A stretch of DNA of 64,000 nt from contig JBOEGF010000038.1 of assembly GCA_050633305.1 (NCBI GenBank), positions 32,001 through 96,000 on the forward strand, in the 5' to 3' direction. Positions 39,318-49,348 of the stretch are shown here, piece by piece; position 1 is the first letter of the stretch; each line of letters starts with the position of its first letter. Under the pieces are notes generated by a model. The model had not been told where the DNA came from. It saw only the letters and a program-made list of their open reading frames with translations, and ran no database searches. The position numbers and the translations under genes are program-made. The DNA is from Nannocystales bacterium (lineage in GTDB: Bacteria; Myxococcota_A; Polyangia; Nannocystales; Nannocystaceae).

Positions 39318-39362
39318 GTTCAAGCGTCCGCTCGACGCCCGGTTCGAACGCGGTCTGCGACG

Positions 39363-40673
39363 CTACAGCCCGTCGAGTCCGCCCGGCCCGGTGCCGTCGT
39401 AGCCGAACGTGTCGATGTCCACACCCATCATCTTCGAGATGCTGACCAGCAGCTTGGTGTGGGCTTCGTTCTCTCCACCCGCAGTCCCTCGATAATCGAG
39501 GCTGCGCCCGGTCTCCAGCTGCCCGCAAGCTCCGCCTGCCAGGACGAAGGGCATGTCGGAGTGATCGTGCAGGTTGCCGTCGTTGATCTCCGTGCACAGG
39601 AAGACGATGGAGTTGTCGAGCAGGCTTCCACCCGTGTCGGGGATGCTTCGCATGCGCTCCAGCAAGTACGTGAACTGCTCCATGAACCACCGCCGATGCG
39701 CGATGAAGTCGTTCGCGATCTCACCTGCGATGTCCGAGCCGTAGTGCGAAGCGTCGTGGTTGGCTCGCGTCGCGCCCGTCTCCGGAATCCGCGTGGGGCT
39801 GACCGCGTGGGACCAACTCAGCGTTCCCACCCGGGTCACGCCACAGCCGAGCGCCAAGGTCAGCTGGTCCATCTGGAGTTTGCCGATCAGTCCGAAGTTG
39901 TCCTCGCGGTGGTAGGTGGTGGGGTAGTTGTCGGCGTCGCTGTTGGCGTAGCCCTCTTCGTTCCAGACCACCTTGTCGCACGACGCGGTGATCTGGCCCG
40001 TGACGCGTTGCTCGACCTCCCGCAGCGCGTCGAGGTGCACATCCAGTTTCTCGCGCTCGGCGGATCCCAAGACCGACTGCAGGCGGTCGATGTCGTCCAT
40101 CGCGCTGTCCAGCACACTTCCCGCACGGAGCTGCTCGAGCGTGGGTCCTTTGCCTCCGCCGCCCTTGGCTGGGGTCAATCCGGAGAAGAGCCGGTCGAAC
40201 GCGTTGATCGGGTCGTCGTCGGGAGAGATGGGACTGCCGCTGATGTACGAGATCAGCTTGTCGCCGCCGCCTTGGAACGTGCTGCCAACGCCCAGTTGCA
40301 CCGAGCGGTGCGCCAGCCCGCCACCGGTCTCCTCCCCCAGGAAAACGTCGAGCGAGACGTCCGAGTCACCCGTGAGCACTTTGGCGACGCCGCCTTCGTG
40401 TGTTGCACCTCCGGCGTACATGTCGAGCCCGCGGACGAACACGAGGTCGTCCACAACCGGTGCCAACGGCTCCGACATCGACGGGAGCACCAGGTTTCCA
40501 CCGGAGCCCGTCGGGTGCCACAGCGAAGGGATGACCCCGTCTGGCACGTAGACGAACAGCGCCTTGACGTCGGAAGGCGCCGCGGCAGCGTTGCGTCCGA
40601 ACATCGTGCCAAGCGGCGTTGCGACCCCCGCGGAGGCGAGGAGTTGAAGCATGCGACGACGAGAGCGGTTCAT
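39363..40673 (-). CDS. DUF1552 domain protein with Tat-like signal
   Basis: MNRSRRRMLQ; YVPDG...W.P; SLD..L; P..AFDRLF; KLD.HL..LRE.E.R; H..SH; SLLDNS; P.VLAGG. ATGA overlap with the upstream gene. Confidence 0.9.
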   Translation of the reverse strand: MNRSRRRMLQLLASAGVATPLGTMFGRNAAAAPSDVKALFVYVPDGVIPSLWHPTGSGGNLVLPSMSEPLAPVVDDLVFVRGLDMYAGGATHEGGVAKVLTGDSDVSLDVFLGEETGGGLAHRSVQLGVGSTFQGGGDKLISYISGSPISPDDDPINAFDRLFSGLTPAKGGGGKGPTLEQLRAGSVLDSAMDDIDRLQSVLGSAEREKLDVHLDALREVEQRVTGQITASCDKVVWNEEGYANSDADNYPTTYHREDNFGLIGKLQMDQLTLALGCGVTRVGTLSWSHAVSPTRIPETGATRANHDASHYGSDIAGEIANDFIAHRRWFMEQFTYLLERMRSIPDTGGSLLDNSIVFLCTEINDGNLHDHSDMPFVLAGGACGQLETGRSLDYRGTAGGENEAHTKLLVSISKMMGVDIDTFGYDGTGPGGLDGL

Positions 40674-42376
40674 TTCGAGTTCTCCGTGCGAAGGGTGAAG
40701 GATTCGAGTTGGGTGAGGTCGATGAAGGCCTCGTGCAGGTTGCCGCCGGACTCCTCGAGCCGCTCGCCCAGCTGTTCCAGCGTGCACTCGTCCTCGCTGA
40801 GGTCAGAGCGACCGCTGACGAAGTGGAAGTAGTGCTCCAACACGCAGGCTTGAACCTCTCCGTTGGCACCGAGCACTTGTCCAAGCTCGCGAGCACCGTT
40901 GAAGGGAACGGAGGTGGCGTTGCCCTCGGCGTCGATCAGCGCCTCGACGCTCCCGCTCTCATCGACGTTCATGCCGTTCTCCTGCGTTCGGAATGCGCCG
41001 ACACCATCGAAGCCTTCGAAGCCGAAGCCAATCGGGTCGATGTACGCGTGACACCCGGCGCAGGCGGGGTCGGCGGAGTGCTGGCCGTAGCGTTCACGCG
41101 TGGTCGCGTTCGGGTCGACGTCCGGTGGTGTCGCGTCGACATCTGGTGGCGGTGGGCTGAGTGGCTGACACATCAACCGCTCTCGAACGGTCACCCCGCG
41201 GCCGACCGGAGAGGTTTCGTTGGCATGCGCGTGCGAGGCGAGGAAACTGCCGAGGGTGAGCAGGCCGCCCCGCTCATAGCCATCGGGAAAGTCAACCCGC
41301 ACCAGCTCCTGCGAGCCGGGTGAGGGAAGTCCGTAGAAGCTCGCGAGCGCATCGTTGGCAAAGGTGTACTCCGCCGTGAACAGCTCCTCGACGCTCTGCT
41401 CCGAGTCGAACACCACGTGCTCCACGAAGCGTCGCTCCTCCTCGATCATCGCCAGACGAACCTCGTCGCTGAACTCCGGATACACCTCCAGGTCCTTGTT
41501 GGCGGATTGAAGCGTGGTCGTCTCCAGCCACTGGGTTGCGAACATGGTGATGCGCTCTCGACCGCGGGGGCTATCCAGCAAGCGGCGGGCCTGCTCGGCA
41601 ATGCCCTCGGCCTCGGACAGCGTGCCATCCGCCGCGGCGGCCATCAGCTCCGGGTCCGGCATGGAGCCGACGAACGTGTACGAGAGCAGCGATGCTGTTT
41701 CCCACTCCGTCAGGCGGAACAAGCCCGCGCCGACGGATTCACCCATCTCCGAGCGGTAGAGGAACCCGGGCGAGATGAGCATGGCCTCGATGCCCATCCG
41801 CATGCCTTCGTAGAAGTCACCGTCCGCCGCGTCGCTGTCGAACTGCGCCACGTAGTGCTCGACCTCGTCCTCGGTCAGCGGTCGTCGCAGCGCTCGAGCA
41901 CCAAAGCTCTCCACAAAGGAGCGGGCGCAACCCGGGTCGGCGGGCATGCATCCGGCCAACCCCGCCGCGTCCGAATCGACCGCAACCGTCGCCGCGGCCT
42001 GGGCCAGCGTCATGTACGCCTCGACGTGTCGCGCGGTCACCAGGGATGCGTCGGCGTTGTTGTCGTATCCCTCGACTCGCGGCTCCAGCGGAACGCTCGC
42101 CACATCCGGAGGTTCGATCCCCAGAAGGTCCGCCATCGTGTTCGCGTATTCGGCGCGGGTCAGGAGTCGGAGCGATCGGGGGCCCGGGGTTCCGTCCTCA
42201 CAGCTCAGCTCTGGGGTCTCGGCGTCCGAATCAGAGCCATCCCCCTCTTCGCCCACGCCATCCGTCGACGAGTCCGTGCTCTCGGCATCCTCGAGTTCGG
42301 CCGAGTTCCCCTCGTAGCAGCCCGAGAGGAGCCAAAGCCCCATGCACATGCTCCACGCCTGCTGTCGTCTGGCCAT
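40670..42376 (-). CDS. DUF1592/DUF1588/DUF1595 domain lipoprotein with CxxCH
   Basis: LRLLTRAEYANT, SPGFLYRSE, LSY.....PD..L, RGGLLT, TSPVGRG, CAGCH..IDP.GFGFE.FD. Confidence 0.92.
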   Translation of the reverse strand: MARRQQAWSMCMGLWLLSGCYEGNSAELEDAESTDSSTDGVGEEGDGSDSDAETPELSCEDGTPGPRSLRLLTRAEYANTMADLLGIEPPDVASVPLEPRVEGYDNNADASLVTARHVEAYMTLAQAAATVAVDSDAAGLAGCMPADPGCARSFVESFGARALRRPLTEDEVEHYVAQFDSDAADGDFYEGMRMGIEAMLISPGFLYRSEMGESVGAGLFRLTEWETASLLSYTFVGSMPDPELMAAAADGTLSEAEGIAEQARRLLDSPRGRERITMFATQWLETTTLQSANKDLEVYPEFSDEVRLAMIEEERRFVEHVVFDSEQSVEELFTAEYTFANDALASFYGLPSPGSQELVRVDFPDGYERGGLLTLGSFLASHAHANETSPVGRGVTVRERLMCQPLSPPPPDVDATPPDVDPNATTRERYGQHSADPACAGCHAYIDPIGFGFEGFDGVGAFRTQENGMNVDESGSVEALIDAEGNATSVPFNGARELGQVLGANGEVQACVLEHYFHFVSGRSDLSEDECTLEQLGERLEESGGNLHEAFIDLTQLESFTLRTENSK

Positions 42377-42534
42377 GTCACAGGATCGGTGTTCCGCGAC
42401 CCCGAAAACCGATGAGAATTATTGAGCGGATTCTTCGTAATCGACCGTACGAGCGGTGGCGCCTGCGATACAGGCACGAAACATCGACGTTGGCCCGTGC
42501 CACGAAACCCCCTGTGGTGGGGCTCGAGGCCAGT

Positions 42535-43341
42535 GTGCGAAGGTTGTGGGGCGGAGTGCTCGCGGGTCTCGCGGCATGTGGCGCCCCCGGGCAGTCCCGG
42601 GTCGACGCTGTCTCCTCGCAGCCCGTCTCCGCGCCGGTCGATCAGGAGCAACTCGCGCAGACTCTCGAGGCTCGGATCGCGTCCGCGGTGCGGATGTGGA
42701 ACGACTCCTGCGCGAACCCCAACGCCCACGGTATGTGCCTCACGTTCGAGGAGGACGCGCGGCGCGTCGGACCGTGCGGGCCTGCGTTGCTGGGCAGCGT
42801 TGTTCCCCGACCTCGTGATGTCGCCTCCGCCGCGGCGGCCCAAGCCGAGCTCTCCGACGCCTTGAGCCTGGTGGGGTGCGAGTCGTCGTACGTGTGTCGG
42901 CGCGAAGTCTTGCGGGTGAGACCCGCCGACCCTGAAGCCCGACGGTCCTTCCTGCGTGTGGTCGGGTCGGGGCGCCTTGCGCGAGTCGATGCTCACCTCG
43001 AGGCATACCTCGCCGCTCCCCAACCGATTGGCACCCAAGCCGTGGCCGAGAGGTTCGAGGCGTTCGCAGAACTCCACGCGGAGATCGTGTCTCTCAAGGA
43101 GTACCCGGACGCAGAACTACGTCAGGGCGCGGCGCTACGAGCAGCGTGGACTGCTCTGCACTTCCACGACGAGGTGCTCGACGGCCTTGGTCCACACGCC
43201 AGTTGTGATGAGACCGCCGCAGAGGCGAAGCGAGTCTCTGAGAACGCCGCTGCGTACTGTGTGGACCAAGCCGCCAAGTCGGGCTCCACGAGCGCAGCGT
43301 CACAGGCTTGCCGCGACCTGCTCGCGTACCTGCGACCCTGA
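42535..43341 (+). CDS. Hypothetical lipoprotein
   Basis: VRRLWGGVLAGLAAC lipobox; helical body with paired Cys. Confidence 0.65.
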   Translation: MRRLWGGVLAGLAACGAPGQSRVDAVSSQPVSAPVDQEQLAQTLEARIASAVRMWNDSCANPNAHGMCLTFEEDARRVGPCGPALLGSVVPRPRDVASAAAAQAELSDALSLVGCESSYVCRREVLRVRPADPEARRSFLRVVGSGRLARVDAHLEAYLAAPQPIGTQAVAERFEAFAELHAEIVSLKEYPDAELRQGAALRAAWTALHFHDEVLDGLGPHASCDETAAEAKRVSENAAAYCVDQAAKSGSTSAASQACRDLLAYLRP

Positions 43342-43460
43342 TTCGCCGGTCTGCCGCACGATGCGAACCGGCCGGCCAGCGCTCTGGGGCCGATCGCCTC
43401 GCCTTCATCCGATTTGCTCTGGAATACGGGACCGCTTGGCGCGGTACCCTGGGTCCCTTG

Positions 43461-44168
43461 ATGAGCTGGCTCCTTACCTTCGTCGTACCGGCCGCCTTGG
43501 GGGGGTTGGGATACCGGGCGTTCCGAAGCCGCGTGCGGGGAGGGCGGTTCACGGTTCACGATGGTGGTGGCGTCTCGATGATCGAGACCGAACTGGGCAA
43601 GTACACCTTTGACCGTGGGGCGGGGAAGATCCATCTGGAGCGCCCCGGCGGTGTCCGTGCGTTCGTCAGGCTGCGTGATGTTCGTGGGGTTCAGGTCCGC
43701 GTCGGGCTCAAGGAAGCCGGGCTCGAGGAGGCGTTCTTCGAGGGGTGGAACCTCACCGACTTGATGGCGGAGTACAGAGACCACCGCATCTACTGGGACG
43801 TTGTGATCAACACCTCCCACGGGGCGGTTCCTTTGGCGCATATGAGCCAATACAAGAAGCGCGACTGGTTCGACCTGGCCACGCCTGCGCAGCACGCCGT
43901 CTTGTCGTGGGTGGGGCTCTACCGCGATGGCGCTCTCGTTGCAGCGAGCCTGGAGGGGGCAATCCGACGCTCGCTCCGGGCCGCAGGGTTGAACGTGATC
44001 GGTGGCTATGGGGAGGCCGCGCCCACCGGTGCCCTGCGCGGCACCCCCATTCCGACCGATGCCGATCTTCCGAAGCCTGCACCGGCACCGAGGGAGCGTC
44101 CGCTCGCGATCGATTTGCCGCCACCGCCAGACAACCCCCGATGGGAGTCGGCGAGCAAGGGCAGGTAG
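43461..44168 (+). CDS. Hypothetical membrane-anchored protein
   Basis: N-terminal TM MSWLLTFVVPAALGGLGY, beta-rich domain, Pro-rich tail. Confidence 0.7.
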   Translation: MSWLLTFVVPAALGGLGYRAFRSRVRGGRFTVHDGGGVSMIETELGKYTFDRGAGKIHLERPGGVRAFVRLRDVRGVQVRVGLKEAGLEEAFFEGWNLTDLMAEYRDHRIYWDVVINTSHGAVPLAHMSQYKKRDWFDLATPAQHAVLSWVGLYRDGALVAASLEGAIRRSLRAAGLNVIGGYGEAAPTGALRGTPIPTDADLPKPAPAPRERPLAIDLPPPPDNPRWESASKGR

Positions 44169-44271
44169 CGGCCACGAACACCCGGTCGGAGACCTGCGAG
44201 GCAACCCTAGGCTCGCCTCACGAGCCTCTCTTCGGTCGAGCGATCGGGCAGTATGATGTGGCGTTGCCGCG

Positions 44272-47055
44272 ATGCCCGAAGGAGCCCCACCCAGCGACGA
44301 TGTGCTTCCCGAGCGTGCAGCGGTTGACTCTGTCGATGCCGCACGCGCGCTGGCGAACGTGTCGGCAGGGCTTTTTGGGACGACCGAAGAACGCCCGCAG
44401 TTCGGTCGCTTCACCCTGCTCGAGCAGGTTGGCGCAGGGGCGATGGGCACCGTGTACTCCGCGTTCGACCCGGAACTCGACCGCAAGGTTGCGATCAAGG
44501 TCCTGCGTGGGGGCCTCGACGAGTCTCAGCAGCGCGCCCGCGCCCGAATGCGCCGAGAAGCTCGAGCGCTTGCGAAGCTCACTCACCCCAACGTGGCTAC
44601 GGTCTACGAGGTTGGACAGGTCGCCGAGAGGGTGTTCATCGCGATGGAGTTTGTGGACGGCCGTCCCCTCGACGTCTGGATGGAGGACCGCCCGCCATGG
44701 CGCGAGGTGGTGTCAGTCTTTCGAGACGCGGGGTCAGGGCTGGCAGCGGCCCACGATGCGGGGATCGTCCACCGCGACTTCAAGCCCGGAAACGTGATGT
44801 TGGGCGACGATGGTCGGGTCGTCGTCCTCGACTTCGGACTCGCCGCCCCGGATGTCATCACACCGACCGAGGAAACCGAAGGCGACTCGATGGACTCTCC
44901 GATCGAGCGTCTCACCGCGACGCGGGCCGTCGTCGGCACGCCGGCCTACATGGCACCCGAGCAGCATCGCGGGGAGTCGGCCTCGGCCAACAGCGACCAG
45001 TTCGCCTTCTGTGTCTCACTGTTCGAGGCGCTCTACGGCACCCGTCCATTCGCCGGGAACACTCGGGCGTCGGTTCTGAGCGCGATCGAAGGCGGTGAGA
45101 TCGTGACTCAGGTCCCGACGGGATCCGGGAGCGCCCCGCGGCTGCGGCGGGTCCTGGCGCGTGGGTTGTCCGCTCGACCAGAGGATCGCTATCCGTCGAT
45201 GGAGGCCCTCCTGGCGGAACTCGATCTCCGCCGCGTGGCCCGAAGACGGGCTGGCATCGTCGGAGCTGTTGGCGGGGTTGTGGCGCTTACTGCAGCCTAC
45301 GGCTTCGGTGCACAGCGGACCCCAGCCGCGACCGCGGTCGAGTGCGCTCTCCCGGAAACTCTGCGGGCTGAGCTGTGGGACGAGCCGTACCGGGGCCGCG
45401 TGAAGGCGGCCTACACGGATGATGCCCGGGAGCATGTCCGGGGGATGGAGGCGTCTGTGCTGGCCGACCTGGATGGGTGGGCCGAGCACTGGTCGCACGA
45501 GCGGGCGACGGCGTGTCAGGCGACGCGCGTGCGTGGCGAGCAGTCGGAGGCGCTGTTGCAGGTTCGACTGCGTTGCTACGATGCTGCCGCGATCCGGCTG
45601 CGGTCACTCGCCGATACCCTCGCCAGCTCTGACGAGGATCGGCCGTCCGCCGCGGCCTTGGTCACGACGCTGCCGGCTCTAACCCTGTGCGAGGACACCG
45701 AGTGGCTGGAGCGCAACAGTCAGTTGCCCGCGGGACAAGACGGGCCCGCACGCCTCGTCGCGCTCGAGGAGGCCTCCGCCACCGCCATGCTGGAGTATCG
45801 CGCAGGGCGGCTCGGGCCGGCCCGAACCATGTACGTGGAGGCGCTCAAGGAGGCCCAGGCACTCCAGCACGAGCCCTCCGAGGCCGACGCGTTGTTCGGG
45901 CTGGCCCGGATCGATCATGCCGAAGGAAAGGTCGAACAGGCGGAGGCGGGACTGACGGAGTCGATGACGAAGTGGCTCGCCTCTGGTGACGAGTACAGGG
46001 CGACCGAGGCCGCGTTGGAGCTCATGGGCTACGCCGGTACCGATGGCAGCAACCCCGCTGCTCGTCGGCGATGGACCAAGCTCGCCGAGGGAATGCTCGC
46101 CAAGCTCGGCTCGCCTCCCGAGCTGCACGGGCGACTCGAGATGCGATTGGCGTCGGCGCTCGAGAACGAGGGCGACCCCAAGACCGCCCTCGAGCACGCT
46201 CAACGGGGCCTCGCTCTGTACGAACAGAGCTACCAAGAGAGGGACCCCAGCGTCGCCGAGGCCCACGAACACGTCGGTGGTCTGCTCCAACAACTTGGAC
46301 GCGCCGAGGACGGCCTGCCCCACGTCGAACGTTCGCTGGCGATCGAGATCGAGCTGTGGGGCCCGGAGCATCCTCGGGTCGCCGCGTCACGGGATAACCT
46401 TGCGATCGTTTATGGATCCCTGGGCCGAGCTGAGGACGCGGCGCAGCAGTTGGAAGCCGCGTTGGCGACTCTCGAGGCGATCTACGGCTCGGACTCCTTC
46501 GAACTCGCTGATGCCCTCACGAACCTCGGCGAAGTCCGGATGATGCAGGACCGACCCGTCGACACGCTTGCCCTCAACGAACGCGCGGGTCGGCTTCGAG
46601 AGAAGGCCTACGGACCCGACCACGCCGAGCTTGCGTACAACCTCAGCAACGGCGCCGGGGCGCTGATCCGGCTGGAGCGCTACGCCGAGGCCGAAGCCCG
46701 GCTCCGGCGGGCGCTCGAGATTCGGGTGGCCAGCCGTGGCGCCGACCATCCGCTCGTGGGCCTCGTGCAGTTCAACCTCGGCGCTGCGTTGGCCGGGAAG
46801 GGTGATCATGCGGGCGCGGCGGAGGCGTTGTCGGAGGCCGAGCGCATCTGGAGTACAGCGCTCGGGGAGGGACATCCCAACACCGCCGCTGCGCGGGTCA
46901 ACCTTGGCGAAGCATGGGTGAAGGCCGGCCAGCGGAAGCAGGGCTTGGCCAAGATGCGCGCTGGGGTTGATGGGCTGGCTGCGGCGTTGGGCGCGGAGCA
47001 TCCCGATGTGGCGGAAGCTCGGGCGCAACTCGCCGCGACGAATGCCCTCGAGTGA
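44272..47055 (+). CDS. Membrane Ser/Thr protein kinase with TPR repeats
   Basis: GAGAMG, VAIK, HRDFKPGN, DFG, GTPAYMAPE; TM helix; many G..HP TPR repeats. Confidence 0.95.
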   Translation: MPEGAPPSDDVLPERAAVDSVDAARALANVSAGLFGTTEERPQFGRFTLLEQVGAGAMGTVYSAFDPELDRKVAIKVLRGGLDESQQRARARMRREARALAKLTHPNVATVYEVGQVAERVFIAMEFVDGRPLDVWMEDRPPWREVVSVFRDAGSGLAAAHDAGIVHRDFKPGNVMLGDDGRVVVLDFGLAAPDVITPTEETEGDSMDSPIERLTATRAVVGTPAYMAPEQHRGESASANSDQFAFCVSLFEALYGTRPFAGNTRASVLSAIEGGEIVTQVPTGSGSAPRLRRVLARGLSARPEDRYPSMEALLAELDLRRVARRRAGIVGAVGGVVALTAAYGFGAQRTPAATAVECALPETLRAELWDEPYRGRVKAAYTDDAREHVRGMEASVLADLDGWAEHWSHERATACQATRVRGEQSEALLQVRLRCYDAAAIRLRSLADTLASSDEDRPSAAALVTTLPALTLCEDTEWLERNSQLPAGQDGPARLVALEEASATAMLEYRAGRLGPARTMYVEALKEAQALQHEPSEADALFGLARIDHAEGKVEQAEAGLTESMTKWLASGDEYRATEAALELMGYAGTDGSNPAARRRWTKLAEGMLAKLGSPPELHGRLEMRLASALENEGDPKTALEHAQRGLALYEQSYQERDPSVAEAHEHVGGLLQQLGRAEDGLPHVERSLAIEIELWGPEHPRVAASRDNLAIVYGSLGRAEDAAQQLEAALATLEAIYGSDSFELADALTNLGEVRMMQDRPVDTLALNERAGRLREKAYGPDHAELAYNLSNGAGALIRLERYAEAEARLRRALEIRVASRGADHPLVGLVQFNLGAALAGKGDHAGAAEALSEAERIWSTALGEGHPNTAAARVNLGEAWVKAGQRKQGLAKMRAGVDGLAAALGAEHPDVAEARAQLAATNALE

Positions 47056-47305
47056 GCGACTTTCTCGGGGCGCGTGGTTGGAGCCGCGGCGTTTGCTCGT
47101 GCTTTTGGGCGGCGGGCCCGGTCGGGAAACCCCTTTCCGGTTGAAGCTCCTCGAAGTCGGGCCGGCAAACGGCTGTCCAATGCCCACTATGGTCTGCCAG
47201 CTCGGGAAACCTGGGGTGCTCGGGGTTAGCCGCATCGACACCACCGTCTACTATCTCACCCAGCCGCACGCGTATCAGATGCTCGCGGCGCTCCAGTCTC
47301 ACTAA

Positions 47306-47430
47306 GGGGCGTCCCTAGATGCAGGCCGCCTGCATCACACCGCCACCGAACGACATTGCGTCGCTCCTCGTGCCTTGCACGGCCGTCCGCTGACGGCGTT
47401 CTGCACACAACCTGCACCTAGGGACGCCCC
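47306..47430. mobile_element. MITE-like element with 20-bp terminal inverted repeats
   Basis: GGGGCGTCCCTAGATGCAGG (47306-47325) and CCTGCACCTAGGGACGCCCC (47411-47430), 19/20 complementary. No clear target duplication. Confidence 0.6.
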
Positions 47431-47558
47431 CTCGCGGGACTGTCGGTGGGGCCGGTCTGGGGCGCCAAACTTCGTTGGACACAACGGCCCGCGCTTCGGT
47501 CCTGAGGAGGTCGAGACCTCTGTCGCGATCGACGACCTTTCTCAGGCACGTGCCTGTG

Positions 47559-48134
47559 TCACGGGCTCGAGAACTGCTTCGAACGCAGTCGCTGCACGGC
47601 CCCGTCGATCGCAACGTCGATTTCGATCGAGAACGAGTCTCCGCCTCCTTTGGGCAACAGGTCGATCGACCGGGAGGTCCCGTCCACCTTTGCGAGGGTG
47701 AACATCGCGGTGAACTCGGATTGCGGAGGGACGACTCCATCCCAACCAGCGTAGGTCGTGGGGTCGATCTGAATCGAGCGGTCCTCGGCGGTCAGTTCTG
47801 AGACCGGCTTTCCATCGTCGAGGAGACGAACCGCGGTCACCGCGACAACAGCACCTTCGGGGCAGTCGACCAGCGCGAGCTCGATGTACGAAGAGACGCA
47901 TGGATTCGCCTGGCGCATGTTGACCGGCAACTCGCCGTTCGGGGGCGGCTCCATCCCGGGCGGCACGGGTGGACACCACATGCCGACGTGAAAGGACGTC
48001 AGGCTGACGTTCGTGGCGGCAAGAACAGCGGGACTCGCGTGCGACTCCGCGGATGCGACAGGGGGCTCCACCGGCTTTCCGCCGCACGCGAGAGCAGAAA
48101 AAACGATGGCGAGGGCCGTCACGCGTTCCAGCAT
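47559..48134 (-). CDS. Hypothetical lipoprotein
   Basis: MLERVTALAIVFSALAC lipobox; beta-rich domain. Confidence 0.7.
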   Translation of the reverse strand: MLERVTALAIVFSALACGGKPVEPPVASAESHASPAVLAATNVSLTSFHVGMWCPPVPPGMEPPPNGELPVNMRQANPCVSSYIELALVDCPEGAVVAVTAVRLLDDGKPVSELTAEDRSIQIDPTTYAGWDGVVPPQSEFTAMFTLAKVDGTSRSIDLLPKGGGDSFSIEIDVAIDGAVQRLRSKQFSSP

Positions 48135-48198
48135 TGAAACACTTCTACGCGCGGACCGGGGTTTGGGTCCAATGGTTGAGTTCGCTTCGGTTCTACCC

Positions 48199-48723
48199 TC
48201 ACCCACACACGTATCGGGAGCCGTCGAACAGCTCGGGCTCGCTCACCGTTCCTTCGGCGTCTACGCACCGAATGTCGCACGCGCCCGCGTTGCCGCAGTC
48301 CACCTCGCACCCACCTTCGCAGTCCACGCTGCAGCTTCCCACCGACTGACAGTCCACGCTCGAGGCGTCGCCCACCACCACGTCGCAGTCGCTGGAGTTG
48401 CGGCAGCTGTAGTCACACCGCTCGCCGCACTGCGCCTGGCAGGTCGACAACGAGTCGCAGTCGATATGGCAGTCGTCGGTGCACGCCACGTCGCAGTCAT
48501 CCAGATCCGTGCAGTCGACAGCGCAGTCGCTCTCGCAGGTGGCATCGCAGACGTTGAGCGCGTCGCAGTCGACCGCGCACCCGGGGCCTTCGCAGTCCAC
48601 CTCGCAGACCTCCGCACCGGCGCATCGACACACGCCCTCGTCGTCGCAGAGCGAGTCTGAATGGCGGTGGCATCCCGCCGCCAGCGTGATCAGAAGGACA
48701 AGGAGTGTGCGTGACCAAGCCAC
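48199..48723 (-). CDS. Cys-rich periodic-repeat lipoprotein
   Basis: Lipobox AAGC; repeated C-x3-C-x3-C-x5-C-x3 spacing. Confidence 0.75.
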   Translation of the reverse strand: MAWSRTLLVLLITLAAGCHRHSDSLCDDEGVCRCAGAEVCEVDCEGPGCAVDCDALNVCDATCESDCAVDCTDLDDCDVACTDDCHIDCDSLSTCQAQCGERCDYSCRNSSDCDVVVGDASSVDCQSVGSCSVDCEGGCEVDCGNAGACDIRCVDAEGTVSEPELFDGSRYVCG

Positions 48724-48843
48724 GCCTACAGCGTGGACCCGGGGCGGCGAAAACGGATGAAGAAAAATCTGCCCGCCTACGCGCTCGTGCGGATTTCTGC
48801 CCCGGGTTCTGTCCGCGGCCCGAGAACGCGACCGCCACATCAT

Positions 48844-49242
48844 TCACCCCGGCGAGCCATGATGAACCGTGCGCTCCGCGGAGACATCCACCCCAGCGCC
48901 CTGCGGCTCACGATCAAGCCGGTCGAGATACTCTCTGCCCCACGCGCGCAGGGACTCGAGGACGGGTTCGAGGGTGCGGCCGAACTCGGTGATGGAGTAC
49001 TCGACGCGTGAGGGGACTTCGGCGAAGACCTCTCTGTGGACGATTCCGTTGGCTTCGAGGCTGCGTAGCTGGGCTGTCAGTACCCGCTGGGTGACGGCGG
49101 GCATGAGGCGGCGCAACTCGTTGAAGCGTTTCGTGCCGGACATCAAGTGGTGGAGAATCACCCCCTTCCACTTGCCTCCGATCGTCTCGAGGGCTGCCTC
49201 AATCACGCAGCCGTAGTTGTGGTCGTATCGTGTGTGTCGCAT
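48844..49242 (-). CDS. HxlR family winged-helix regulator
   Basis: GC..EAAL..IGGKWK..IL..L..G..RF.EL....P..TQR.LT.QLR.LE..G.V.R......P.RVEYS.T. Confidence 0.95.
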   Translation of the reverse strand: MRHTRYDHNYGCVIEAALETIGGKWKGVILHHLMSGTKRFNELRRLMPAVTQRVLTAQLRSLEANGIVHREVFAEVPSRVEYSITEFGRTLEPVLESLRAWGREYLDRLDREPQGAGVDVSAERTVHHGSPG

Positions 49243-49348
49243 CTTCGCTTGCCTCTTGCGGGGGTGTTCAGCGGTATACTTCCTGTTCCCTGGGTTGGGT
49301 TATGTGCGTACTTGCGGTTCTTTGGCCTGTGGCTATCGTACGGCCTCG

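Noticed and set aside
46967..47305. 112-aa ORF after the kinase
   Set aside because: Overlaps the kinase end and has no recognisable motif; at most a gene remnant.
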